64,000 nucleotides of DNA, taken from NCBI GenBank assembly GCA_019057795.1, contig JAHLWS010000049.1, positions 64,001 through 128,000 of the forward strand, in the 5' to 3' direction. The DNA comes from Promethearchaeota archaeon (GTDB lineage Archaea; Asgardarchaeota; Lokiarchaeia; Sigyniarchaeales; SOKP01). Position 1 is the first letter of the stretch; each line of letters opens with the position of its first letter. Positions 8,676-17,669 of the stretch are shown piece after piece. The translations under genes were made by a program, and so were the position numbers. Under the pieces are notes generated by a model that saw only the letters and a program-made list of their open reading frames with translations, had not been told where the DNA came from and did not search any database.

Positions 8676-10946
8676 TTACTTGTATAAGTCCGCTGTAGAG
8701 TCTTTGATATTTCTAGACACTGTAATTACTTTTGCCATATCTTCATACTTCTCAATAATATTAGCTGGTAAAGTAGATGCGATTTTAGAGAGCGCAAATT
8801 CAAAATGTTTGTATTCGATTTTATCTATATCTTCCTTTTTTTCTCTTATTGCTTGCATTCCCGCTTCTCTACAGACATTTTCTAAGTCAGCACCGCTATA
8901 ACCTTCAGTAATTTGGGCAATATGTTTCAATGAAACATCTTTGGCTAAGGGCATTTCGCTTGTATGAACTTCAAGTATCTTTATCCGTGATTCTAAATCA
9001 GGAACCGTTATATATAATAATCTATCAAAGCGACCAGGCCTTAATAGAGCAGAATCTACTAAATCTGGGCGATTGGTACTAGCAATTACTACAACTCCTT
9101 TTCTGTTCTCTAATCCGTCCATTTCTACAAGAATTTGATTTACAACTGAAGAAGTTACTCCCGATCCAGCTCCTTCATAAGAAATTCTAGCTGCCGTTAC
9201 TGCATCGATTTCGTCAAAATAAATGATCGAAGGAGACGCTTGACGCGCTTTTCTAAATATTTCTCTTACTGTTTTTTCACTTTCTCCAACCCATTTTGAA
9301 AAAATTTCGGGACCTTTCACAGTAATAAAATTAGATCGACTTTCATTTGCTATAGCTTTAGCCAAAAGAGTTTTTCCACATCCAGGGGGCCCAAAAAGTA
9401 AAATCCCATTTAATGGGCGAATTCCAGCTTTCTCAAAAAGTTTAGGATACTTTAAAGGCCATTCAACAGCTTCTCGCAACTCTTCTTTTATTTCTTCTAA
9501 GCCTCCAACATCTTCCCAACCAATATTCGGAATATCTATCATTATTTCTCGCATCGCTGAAGGCTCAACCATATTAATTGCCTGCATAAAATCTTTATCA
9601 GAAATCCTTAAATCCTGAATTATATCACTAGGTATAGGCTCATCTAAATTAATTTTAGGCAATATTCTTCTTAACGCAAATAACGCTGCTTCTCTACACA
9701 CTGCCATAATATCAGCTCCTACAAACCCATAAGTTATCTCCGAATATTGATTAAGGTCTATATCTTCCTCAAGTGGCATTCCCCTTGTATGAATTTGCAA
9801 TATTTCTTTTCGTCCTTTCACCGTAGGAACTCCAAATTCTATTTCACGATCAAATCTTCCTGGTCTTCGTAAGGCTTCGTCTAATGCATTAATTCTATTT
9901 GTAGCACCTACAACAATTATATGACCCCTACTTTGTATCCCATCCATCAATGAAAGCAACTGAGACACAACTCGTCTTTCTACTTCTCCGGATGTATCGC
10001 TTCTTTTAGGAGCGATAGAATCAATTTCATCAATAAATATTATAGAGGGTGCATTTTTTTCCGCATCGTCGAATAACTCCCGAAGCCTTCCCTCACTAGC
10101 TCCATAAAATTTGCTCATAATTTCTGGACCATTTATAGAAATAAAATAAGCGTTTGATTCTTGAGATACAGCTTTTGCCATTAAAGTTTTCCCCGTACCT
10201 GAAGGTCCATAGAAAAGTACGCCTTTTGGGGGCTCAATATTTAACCTATGAAAGAGTTCTGGGTGTTTTAGGGGTAATTCTACCATTTCTCGAATTCTCT
10301 GGATTTCGTCAGTTAAACCACCTACATCGTCATAAGTAACTATTCCTCCAGATATGTTTAGTAAAGCAACTCGTTTATTAACTTTAATTCTAGTATCACG
10401 AGTGATTTTTACAATTTTGTTAGCTGGTGATGTATTTTCAACGACCAGTCTTAATAGACCTAAAGTTGGTCTCCTCTTGGTTCTCATGAACATATTCATC
10501 ATCTGATTCATTGGATTATCCGGATCTGTCTTTTGATAAACAGCTCCTAAAACTTCGACTATATCTCCTGTAACAACGGGTTTATCAATTAGTTTTGCTA
10601 AAATAGATTCGGATTGTTTTTTTAAATCTATATTGGCTTTAGTTGGTGTTAACACAATCTCTTCGGCAGGATATATTTTCGCAAGTTTAATTGAAATAAA
10701 CTCACCAATCGTTGCCCCAGCATTAAGTCGTTGAAGTCCATCTAATCTTATTGTCCCCCTCCCTTTATCAGCAATGCTAGCTACGACTATACCCGTAGTT
10801 TTCTTTTTTCCCCTTATTTCAATTATGCTTCCCGTGCTTAAACCCATATTTTCAACAATTTCTTGGTCAAGATAACATAATGAACGGCCGCTACGAGATT
10901 TTTCTAGCTCTTCTATCCTTACTTTAATTTCTTTTATTGAAGACAT
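8676..10946 (-). CDS. cdc48: Cdc48/VCP/VAT AAA+ ATPase
   Basis: N-domain, two AAA modules ([13 protein letters not shown]; [13 protein letters not shown]), RPGRFDR twice, C-terminal LYK (HbYX). Confidence 0.97.
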   Translation of the reverse strand: MSSIKEIKVRIEELEKSRSGRSLCYLDQEIVENMGLSTGSIIEIRGKKKTTGIVVASIADKGRGTIRLDGLQRLNAGATIGEFISIKLAKIYPAEEIVLTPTKANIDLKKQSESILAKLIDKPVVTGDIVEVLGAVYQKTDPDNPMNQMMNMFMRTKRRPTLGLLRLVVENTSPANKIVKITRDTRIKVNKRVALLNISGGIVTYDDVGGLTDEIQRIREMVELPLKHPELFHRLNIEPPKGVLFYGPSGTGKTLMAKAVSQESNAYFISINGPEIMSKFYGASEGRLRELFDDAEKNAPSIIFIDEIDSIAPKRSDTSGEVERRVVSQLLSLMDGIQSRGHIIVVGATNRINALDEALRRPGRFDREIEFGVPTVKGRKEILQIHTRGMPLEEDIDLNQYSEITYGFVGADIMAVCREAALFALRRILPKINLDEPIPSDIIQDLRISDKDFMQAINMVEPSAMREIMIDIPNIGWEDVGGLEEIKEELREAVEWPLKYPKLFEKAGIRPLNGILLFGPPGCGKTLLAKAIANESRSNFITVKGPEIFSKWVGESEKTVREIFRKARQASPSIIYFDEIDAVTAARISYEGAGSGVTSSVVNQILVEMDGLENRKGVVVIASTNRPDLVDSALLRPGRFDRLLYITVPDLESRIKILEVHTSEMPLAKDVSLKHIAQITEGYSGADLENVCREAGMQAIREKKEDIDKIEYKHFEFALSKIASTLPANIIEKYEDMAKVITVSRNIKDSTADLYK

Positions 10947-11066
10947 GATGAAAATTGATTAATTATTTATAGTATTAAAATATTACAGTTTCAAATTTAT
11001 ATAGTAAATGGTAATTTATGTTTTTTTCTATTTTTTTTTATAATTGTCGAGTAAGAATTAATAAAT

Positions 11067-11867
11067 TTAATAGGAAATTTCTAAGTTTAAGTTCTTTTCT
11101 AGAAATGTTATATATTCCTTTGAAATTTTTGAGTCTTTAAGAGATAAATTTAAAGATTTTTTAATAAATAATTTTCTTAATTTTAATATTCTATTTTTAT
11201 AGATTTGCAACTCTGGATTCTTTAATAACTCTCCAACAATAAGCCTAGTTTGTTTATCTAATACCTTGTGATACCGATCAATAATTTGAACTTCGTTTCT
11301 CCTTGTTGTATCGCTTTTTCTCGCCAATTTTAAGTTAGTATTAAAAATTATAACTAAATTCGTTATTTCTATTTTTAGATTCTCAGTTTTCGATAAATCA
11401 TAACTTTTTAGTGGTTTATCCCAATTATAATTATGAAAAGAATCAAATTTTTCATTCACATTAAATATTACTTGGTTTGGAATCGTACAACCCCTTTTTT
11501 CATTCCATTTAACACATACTTCGAAGGGTGTTGCTATATAAATAAAAAAGAAGTATTTTTTTAAATTCTCAGCGATTTCTTTTAAATCATGTCTCATGCT
11601 TGTATAATAATTTAAATCGTCGCTAATAACAATAAAATTGTTCTTTAAAGAAGATTCTATTCTCTCTAAATTAGTTTTTCTTACAAAATGTTCATTTTTG
11701 GAATTAAATTTATTTGGAAAATGAATATTCCTAATTTTGTCAGGGTCTATTATTTTAACCTTATACGAAGTTATTTGCTCTATAGTTTCTTTTAGCAAGA
11801 TTGCAAATGTAGTTTTACCCGAAGCTGGTAATCCAACTAAAACTATTAAAAAGTTTTGATCAATCAC
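11067..11867 (-). CDS. pstK: O-phosphoseryl-tRNA(Sec) kinase (PSTK/KTI12 family)
   Basis: GLPASGKTT P-loop, DDLNYYTSMRHDL, NEKRG..IPNQVI, YNWDKP; matches the archaeal PSTK pattern. Confidence 0.8.
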   Translation of the reverse strand: MIDQNFLIVLVGLPASGKTTFAILLKETIEQITSYKVKIIDPDKIRNIHFPNKFNSKNEHFVRKTNLERIESSLKNNFIVISDDLNYYTSMRHDLKEIAENLKKYFFFIYIATPFEVCVKWNEKRGCTIPNQVIFNVNEKFDSFHNYNWDKPLKSYDLSKTENLKIEITNLVIIFNTNLKLARKSDTTRRNEVQIIDRYHKVLDKQTRLIVGELLKNPELQIYKNRILKLRKLFIKKSLNLSLKDSKISKEYITFLEKNLNLEISY

Positions 11868-12144
11868 TTACTTCTTCAGCTTCATCAAAGGTTTTTATTA
11901 ATTCTATTTTTTGTTTCCTAGAAAAAGTTTTAATTTCTAGTTCTCTCCTCATCGCATCCTTTCTTTCCATAAAAGATTCGAAATATTTTAATTGAATTTT
12001 CTTTTTCCCTCGACAAAATTTAGCCCCAGTTCCCTTTTTATGTTCTTGTAATCTTCTGTTAAGATTATTAGTATAACCCGTATAGAATCTTTTTTTGTTA
12101 TTTTTCGCAATCGTTTCTAATATATATACGAAATAAAGAGACAT
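11860..12144 (-). CDS. GIY-YIG nuclease family protein (YhbQ-like)
   Basis: YFVYIL...FYTGYTNNLNRRLQEH, AMRRELEIK. Confidence 0.9.
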   Translation of the reverse strand: MSLYFVYILETIAKNNKKRFYTGYTNNLNRRLQEHKKGTGAKFCRGKKKIQLKYFESFMERKDAMRRELEIKTFSRKQKIELIKTFDEAEEVSD

Positions 12145-12346
12145 GTCAGATTCACTATTTATAAAATGCTTTTTTTCCTATTTATATTTTAGGCGTATAT
12201 TTAATATTTTAATGTTGTTAAAAGAAAGTGTGCAATTCAGTATATATATGTATTATATCTTCTTAATTAAAAATTAAAAATTAAATTTATTAATAAAAAC
12301 TTATATAATTTTTAAAGGAAGCTTTTGATTTTTTAGGTGTGGTGCT

Positions 12347-12982
12347 ATTCCTCTAGGTATTTGCTTGATTAAATGGGATGAGATTCTTGGTGGAAATATA
12401 TACATGAAATATCCCAATGATGTAGCAATTCCTGATAATGTCGTACAACAGATCCAAATTTCGCACAATTTCGTTGAATCGTACATTACAATTGAAGAAA
12501 AGAATTGGAATTCAATTTCATATTATAACGAAGACAAAGAAATCATTATCGTATTAGTTTTAGATAAATACGACGACAGTTCAGATTATACCGTTATTTT
12601 AGATGAGTTCAAAAAAGAGTTAGAGTTAGAGTTAAACGAAGATAGCCTCAAAGAACATATAGAAAGAATATATAATCTTTCCTTAAAAGTTTTTAGAACT
12701 AGAGACGAAGTAATAGCGAAATTAAGCAATGAAGTAGCTCATCTTAAAACTATGGAATATGATTTTAAAAAGAAATTTGAAATGATTTTAAAATCAGATC
12801 ATCTAAAAGTAAAGAGCAAAATTCAGTTTTTATTAGCAATTAACGAAGAAATGAAATATAAGGATATTAAAAAATCTATTAATACTAGTAAAAGATGGTT
12901 AGATAGTGTCCTTGACGCTCTTTCTAAAAATAAAATTATCAAGTATGATAACGAAAAAGATACCTATTATCTTATTGTTTGA
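12347..12982 (+). CDS. uDENN/longin-like N-domain, coiled coil and C-terminal winged-helix protein (probable ATT start at 12347; ORF track starts at 12365)
   Basis: (M)PLGICLIKWDEILGG..YMKYP N-terminus; wHTH-like C-terminus ending YYL; GGTGTGGTG RBS before ATT. Confidence 0.6.
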   Translation: MPLGICLIKWDEILGGNIYMKYPNDVAIPDNVVQQIQISHNFVESYITIEEKNWNSISYYNEDKEIIIVLVLDKYDDSSDYTVILDEFKKELELELNEDSLKEHIERIYNLSLKVFRTRDEVIAKLSNEVAHLKTMEYDFKKKFEMILKSDHLKVKSKIQFLLAINEEMKYKDIKKSINTSKRWLDSVLDALSKNKIIKYDNEKDTYYLIV

Positions 12983-13090
12983 ATATATCTAAACACTCTT
13001 TAATAAAAAAATACATTATTAAAAAAGTTCTTACTTTTATTATTATAAATTCAAAATTTGAATCTTTTAAAAATAATTGGATAAAAAACC

Positions 13091-14224
13091 ATGAACCTTT
13101 CAGATGAAGAACAAAATGAAGTCCTAAAAGTAATGAAATCTCAAATGTTAACACTACTGCACGGTGAATATGTTAAAAAATTTGAGGAAGAATTCGCTCG
13201 TTACATTGGCGTAAAACACGCTATTGGTGTTAATACCGGGACTGCTGCGTTACATATGTCTATAGCCGCTTTGGATATAGGGCCCGGAGATGAGGTTATT
13301 ATCCCTCCTTTTACATTTATCGCGACTGCTAGCTCAATTCTGCATAACAATGCTATTCCTATATTTGCAGATATAGATAATAAATCCTATACTATCGATC
13401 CCGAATCCGTGAAAAAATCTATTACGGATAAAACTAAGGCAATTATTCCAGTTCATTTGGCGGGTATTTCAGCCGATATGGGTGCCCTTAAAGACATTGC
13501 AAACGATTTTAATTTATATCTGATTGAAGACGCTTGTCAATCGCATGGAACAAAATATTTGGGTAAGAAAGTTGGTTCTCTTGGAGATATTAACACTTTT
13601 AGTTTTTACCCTTCAAAAAATATGACTACTGGAGAAGGCGGTATGATAACAACAAACAACGACGAGCTAGCTGAACAATGCCGTTTACTTAGACATCACG
13701 GTGAACCAGAGTGGTACGTATACAATCGTTTAGGTTATAATTATAGGATGACTGAAATACAAGCCGCAATAGGAAGAGTTCAATTAAAGAAAATCGATAA
13801 ATTTATAGAAATAAGAAATAAAAATGCTATGTATTTAACAGAAGCAGTAAACAAAATAGACGGAATTGATCCACCTTATATCCCTGATTATTGTGAACCC
13901 GCTTTTAATTATTGGATAGGGCGTATTCATCCTAAAAAACTCGGTTTGAATAAAGCTGAATTTTTAAACAAATTTCCTAAGAGTAAAGTCCTTTACCCTA
14001 AACCCTTATACGAAACTAAATTATTCAAGGAAAAAATCGCGTATCCAAAAGGATGTCCCTGGTCGTGTCCTTATTATGGCAAAGAAATAGATTATAATAA
14101 AATAGAATTACCTATAGTTGATAAAGTTACCAAAGAGATTTTTGCTTTAGATATCCACCCAAAAACGACTAAAGAGGGTCTAGATCAGAGTATTAATTCA
14201 ATGCAGAACATAATCAAGAAATAA
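13091..14224 (+). CDS. DegT/DnrJ/EryC1/StrS aminotransferase
   Basis: NTGTAALH, EDACQSHG, SFYPSKNMTTGEGG. Confidence 0.93.
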   Translation: MNLSDEEQNEVLKVMKSQMLTLLHGEYVKKFEEEFARYIGVKHAIGVNTGTAALHMSIAALDIGPGDEVIIPPFTFIATASSILHNNAIPIFADIDNKSYTIDPESVKKSITDKTKAIIPVHLAGISADMGALKDIANDFNLYLIEDACQSHGTKYLGKKVGSLGDINTFSFYPSKNMTTGEGGMITTNNDELAEQCRLLRHHGEPEWYVYNRLGYNYRMTEIQAAIGRVQLKKIDKFIEIRNKNAMYLTEAVNKIDGIDPPYIPDYCEPAFNYWIGRIHPKKLGLNKAEFLNKFPKSKVLYPKPLYETKLFKEKIAYPKGCPWSCPYYGKEIDYNKIELPIVDKVTKEIFALDIHPKTTKEGLDQSINSMQNIIKK

Positions 14225-14249
14225 ATAGTAGGGTGAGAATCTTCTTTTT

Positions 14250-14522
14250 ATGAAAAGAATTATAATCAAAGTATATGGAAGCGTTCAAGGTGTTTTCTTT
14301 CGCTACACTACACGTAAAGTGGCACGCACAATAGGTTTAACTGGATTTGTTAAAAATCTGGCTGATGGAAGCGTTTATATCGAAGCTGAAGGAAACGAAA
14401 GCGACTTAAAGAAATTACTTGAGTTCGCAAAAAAAGGTCCGAAATATGCTAAAGTTGAAAATATAAAATATGAATTTAAAGAAGCTCAAAATAAATATAA
14501 GGGTTTCGATTACTTCGTTTAA
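14250..14522 (+). CDS. acyP: Acylphosphatase
   Basis: GSVQGVFFR, GFVKNLADGSV. Confidence 0.93.
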   Translation: MKRIIIKVYGSVQGVFFRYTTRKVARTIGLTGFVKNLADGSVYIEAEGNESDLKKLLEFAKKGPKYAKVENIKYEFKEAQNKYKGFDYFV

Positions 14523-14628
14523 TGAGGATTTTTCTCAAATAATTTCACATCTTTCTACTTTAATTTCCAAGGAATATATTACGTAGATATTATTAAAGAA
14601 AATAAATAATATTTCGATATTATTACTC

Positions 14629-14982
14629 ATGTCAGTATTATTAAAGAGAAATAAATTCCTTCAATTCTTTCAATCTATCAACCATAATAAAATCAAATAT
14701 CAAGGACCATTAATTTTAAGGATGTACGGTTTATTAAATGAATTAGAATTGCGTAATGAAAATAGATACATTCTATGTAATTTCATAGATCAAAATAGTG
14801 AATTATTCGATTTAAAAAGGGATATATACAAAAACAATCACGATGTATCCTTGAATCAATTATTTCTCTTTGCCTATCATAAAGCTAGGACAAATGATCT
14901 ATTAAACAACTTATATGGGGAATATTTTAACTGTATTGATGCAATATCGAAAAAAGTTGACACTCAGACTAATTTATCTTAA
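14629..14982 (+). CDS. Hypothetical protein
   Basis: 117-aa ORF filling the gap, host-like codon use. Confidence 0.6.
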   Translation: MSVLLKRNKFLQFFQSINHNKIKYQGPLILRMYGLLNELELRNENRYILCNFIDQNSELFDLKRDIYKNNHDVSLNQLFLFAYHKARTNDLLNNLYGEYFNCIDAISKKVDTQTNLS

Positions 14983-15110
14983 ATCCCGTTAATCGAGTTG
15001 AAATCTCATTACACCATAATTAAATACTCTTAAATATTTAGATGAAAATTATTAATAAGGATAAGTATTATTATGAAAGTAAAGAAAATCAATATTTTAT
15101 GTGAATAACT

Positions 15111-15647
15111 ATGACCACTGAACCTGAATCAAACTATATTATAAAAATTTGCTTACTCGGAGAAGCCAATGTCGGTAAAACCTCATTGGTTTATAGATTT
15201 ATCGAAAATAAATTTAAAGATAATTATAAAAGCACTCTTGGCGTAAACCTTTTAAAGAAAGATATGGAACTTAAAGGGTATGGCGATGTTTCTGCTCAGA
15301 TATGGGATCTTGGTGGTCAAGAAAGCTTTAGAAGTCTCCGGAGGTTGTATTTAGAAGGCGCAAATGGCGCTTTAGTTATATACGATTGTACTAAAAGAAA
15401 TACTTATGAAAAACTTCATGACTGGATCCAAGACTTTAAAGACGCCAGAGGAGACGAGCCTTTGATTCTAATTGGAAACAAAAACGATTTAACTGATAAA
15501 ATCAAAATTACTGAGAGCGAAGCAAGCGAATTTGCAAAGAGTTATAACATGGAATTTGTATTCACTTCTGCTAAAACAGGATCTAATGTAGAAGAAGCTT
15601 TTTTAGAAATCACAAAAAAAATTTTGGATAAAAATTTGAATAAATAG
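15111..15647 (+). CDS. Rab-like small GTPase
   Basis: GEANVGKTS, WDLGGQE, GNKND, TSAK. Confidence 0.95.
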   Translation: MTTEPESNYIIKICLLGEANVGKTSLVYRFIENKFKDNYKSTLGVNLLKKDMELKGYGDVSAQIWDLGGQESFRSLRRLYLEGANGALVIYDCTKRNTYEKLHDWIQDFKDARGDEPLILIGNKNDLTDKIKITESEASEFAKSYNMEFVFTSAKTGSNVEEAFLEITKKILDKNLNK

Positions 15648-15803
15648 AGATGTAGATTTAATCTCTACATATTTTATATCTGAATTTTTTCTCATTAATA
15701 AAGACTTTATAAACAAAAAATCATTTATAAAGAAATACCCTTTTTAGAAGAATATAATTTTTCTTAAATTAATTCAAATCATATTCATTAATATTGATGT
15801 AAG

Positions 15804-16553
15804 ATGGTAAAAGAAGTAAAAAAAGTAAAAGAAGTAAAAAAAGTAAAAGAAGTAAAAAAAGTAGAAGAAGTAGAGAAAGAAAAGGAAGAGAAGGAAGAAA
15901 AGGAAGTAAAAAAAGTAGAAGTAGAGGACGATGACGAATTCGACGATGAGGCTGATAAGGCTGAAGGTATCGATTACAAGATAGAGAATGTGGTAGCAAC
16001 TGTAGTTGTCGAGATCACAGAAAAAATCGATTTAAATATAATTGCTCGCAAACATGCTGATGTTGAATATAATCCTGAAAGATTTCCAGGATTAGTTATG
16101 AGAATTCTAAAACCGAAAGCAACTATCTTAATTTTCTCGACTGGAAAGATGGTAGTTACCGGTATGCGCAAAGCTTCGGAAGCCGATAGGGTTGTGGAGA
16201 AGGTGTTAAAGAATATAAGAAAAGCCGGAATAAAAGTATCCAATCCTGAAATTACCATTCAAAATATAGTAGCTAGTGGAGATTTGCACACTAATATAGA
16301 TTTAAATATGGCTGCAATTGTTATGGAGTTCGCTATGTACGAGCCAGAAGTCTTCCCTGGGTTAATCTATCGAATGCCAGACCCAAAAACCGTATTTTTA
16401 ATATTCAGCACTGGAAGGATTGTTTGTACAGGAGCAAAAAAAAGATCAATTGTTAGAGAAGCTGTAAAGTTGTTAAATGTACAGGTACGGGAGCTTGGTG
16501 TCGCAAAAAAGGACTTAGGCAATCCTGATTATCAAGATATAACCTTCATTTAA
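15804..16553 (+). CDS. tbp: TATA-box binding protein with charged repetitive N-terminal extension
   Basis: Two TBP repeats (IENVVAT..YNPERFPGL..IFSTGK; IQNIVAS..YEPEVFPGL..IFSTGR). Confidence 0.97.
   Translation: MVKEVKKVKEVKKVKEVKKVEEVEKEKEEKEEKEVKKVEVEDDDEFDDEADKAEGIDYKIENVVATVVVEITEKIDLNIIARKHADVEYNPERFPGLVMRILKPKATILIFSTGKMVVTGMRKASEADRVVEKVLKNIRKAGIKVSNPEITIQNIVASGDLHTNIDLNMAAIVMEFAMYEPEVFPGLIYRMPDPKTVFLIFSTGRIVCTGAKKRSIVREAVKLLNVQVRELGVAKKDLGNPDYQDITFI
15807..15878 (+). repeat. 18-bp coding tandem repeat (VKEVKK) x3 plus one degenerate unit
   Basis: GTAAAAGAAGTAAAAAAA three times, then GTAGAAGAAGTAGAGAAA. Confidence 0.9.
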
Positions 16554-16670
16554 TTTATTCATTATTTATTTTTTTATTTTAAATATTATTAAGGCTAATC
16601 TTGCTTGGTTGATCTTAAATTATTTAGTTAAATTTGCAAACTACTAATTCAGCTAAATTACTCTCAAAAA

Positions 16671-16731
16671 AAGTTGTAACTGAAATTAAAACTAGTTCGT
16701 CAAGTTTTAACTAGATTTTTAATTTCAACTT
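16671..16731. terminator. Long imperfect inverted repeat between the convergent tbp and V4R genes
   Basis: TGAAATTAAAA-CTAGTT ... AACTAG-ATTTTTAATTTCA, with outer AAGTTG/CAACTT. Confidence 0.45.
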
Positions 16732-16789
16732 TATTTTTATACCTATCACTAACAAACTCAAAATACTTGAAAGATGATGGATTTTAAAT

Positions 16790-17298
16790 TTAATCTTTTT
16801 GAAACACGATCATAAATTCACAGTATGTATTTCCTGATTGTAAACTGCAATTTACTTCTTGTGCGAAACAATGTATATTAGTCATTCTTTCAACCAAACC
16901 TGCTAATAAACCCGCTTCGAAGGAACAAAAACTTCCTTCTGTTTTAATTCCTTTATTGATAAGATCTTTAATTGAAGAATGCCCACTTAGTTTCAATTGA
17001 ACTAATTCCTCTGAACTTTCCGTAATCTCGACCTCTCCCAAATTATATTCGGTAATTTTTTTTTTAAGTGCTTCAGGTATGTTTTTAACGTCTTTAAGTT
17101 GTTTTACTTTTAGGATGGTTCCTAATTCATGATTCATGACTCATGTCATAAATTTTCATGCCCTAAATAGTAAAATATAGCCTCTAACTGATGACCTAGA
17201 GCCAACAAAGCCCCTACTTTCATATCTCCAATCTCTTTTCCATCTTCCAAATGTTTTCTCATTTGTATTAAAATTTTCGAAAGCAACGATCTATCCAT
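16790..17298 (-). CDS. V4R-domain protein (159 aa) split by a 29-nt insertion: exon 1 17298-17155, exon 2 17125-16790
   Basis: GGAG RBS plus ATG at 17298; exon 1 MDRSLL...IFYYLGHE joins LGTILK... to give the V4R-type YxxGxxxG helix; exon 2 has FCSFEAGLLAG, EVNC, CEF. Confidence 0.8.
17126..17154 (-). other. Candidate bulge-helix-bulge (tRNA-endonuclease-type) mRNA intron, 29 nt
   Basis: CAUG-AA^A-[AUUUAUGAC-AUGA-GUCAUGAAU]-CAUG-AA^U; canonical cuts restore the frame. Confidence 0.65.
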
Positions 17299-17335
17299 TT
17301 TTTAAAACTCCTTTTTTTTTAATTTTTTTTTATAT

Positions 17336-17629
17336 TTATATTTTTACGGAGGAAATAAACCCATATAATATCGCGTCAATAATATCCTCCTCTTGAATAT
17401 TTAAACTTAACCTTCTATCTGCCACAATTACCGTAGGCAAGGAGGTGATTTTATATTCGGTAGTTAATTTGTAATTTTTTTCTACATCTATTTTTTCAAT
17501 ATACAATTTCTTACCAAACATTGATATATTAATTCTCTTCAGCATTTCTTCTACTGGTTTACAAGGAGAGCAATAGGATGATGAAAAGAATAAAATCCTC
17601 GGGTAACCTTGTTGAAAATTTACTGACAT
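17336..17629 (-). CDS. Thioredoxin-like protein
   Basis: YCSPC (CxxC), KIDVE, SLPT cis-Pro motif. Confidence 0.85.
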   Translation of the reverse strand: MSVNFQQGYPRILFFSSSYCSPCKPVEEMLKRINISMFGKKLYIEKIDVEKNYKLTTEYKITSLPTVIVADRRLSLNIQEEDIIDAILYGFISSVKI

Positions 17630-17669
17630 AAATTAACCTTATGAATACCAGTAGATTATTGAATAAATT

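Noticed and set aside
11761-11774. loxP-like arm TTATACGAAGTTAT, similar to the island repeat
   Set aside because: Lies inside the PSTK coding sequence with no partner arm; most likely coincidence
15769-15999. Leu-rich 76-aa minus-strand ORF
   Set aside because: Antisense shadow of the TBP K/E repeat
17126-17154. UGA-to-selenocysteine readthrough as the explanation for the split V4R gene
   Set aside because: Reading through both in-frame TGAs still ends at TAG, and exon 2 is in a different frame (29 is not a multiple of 3)
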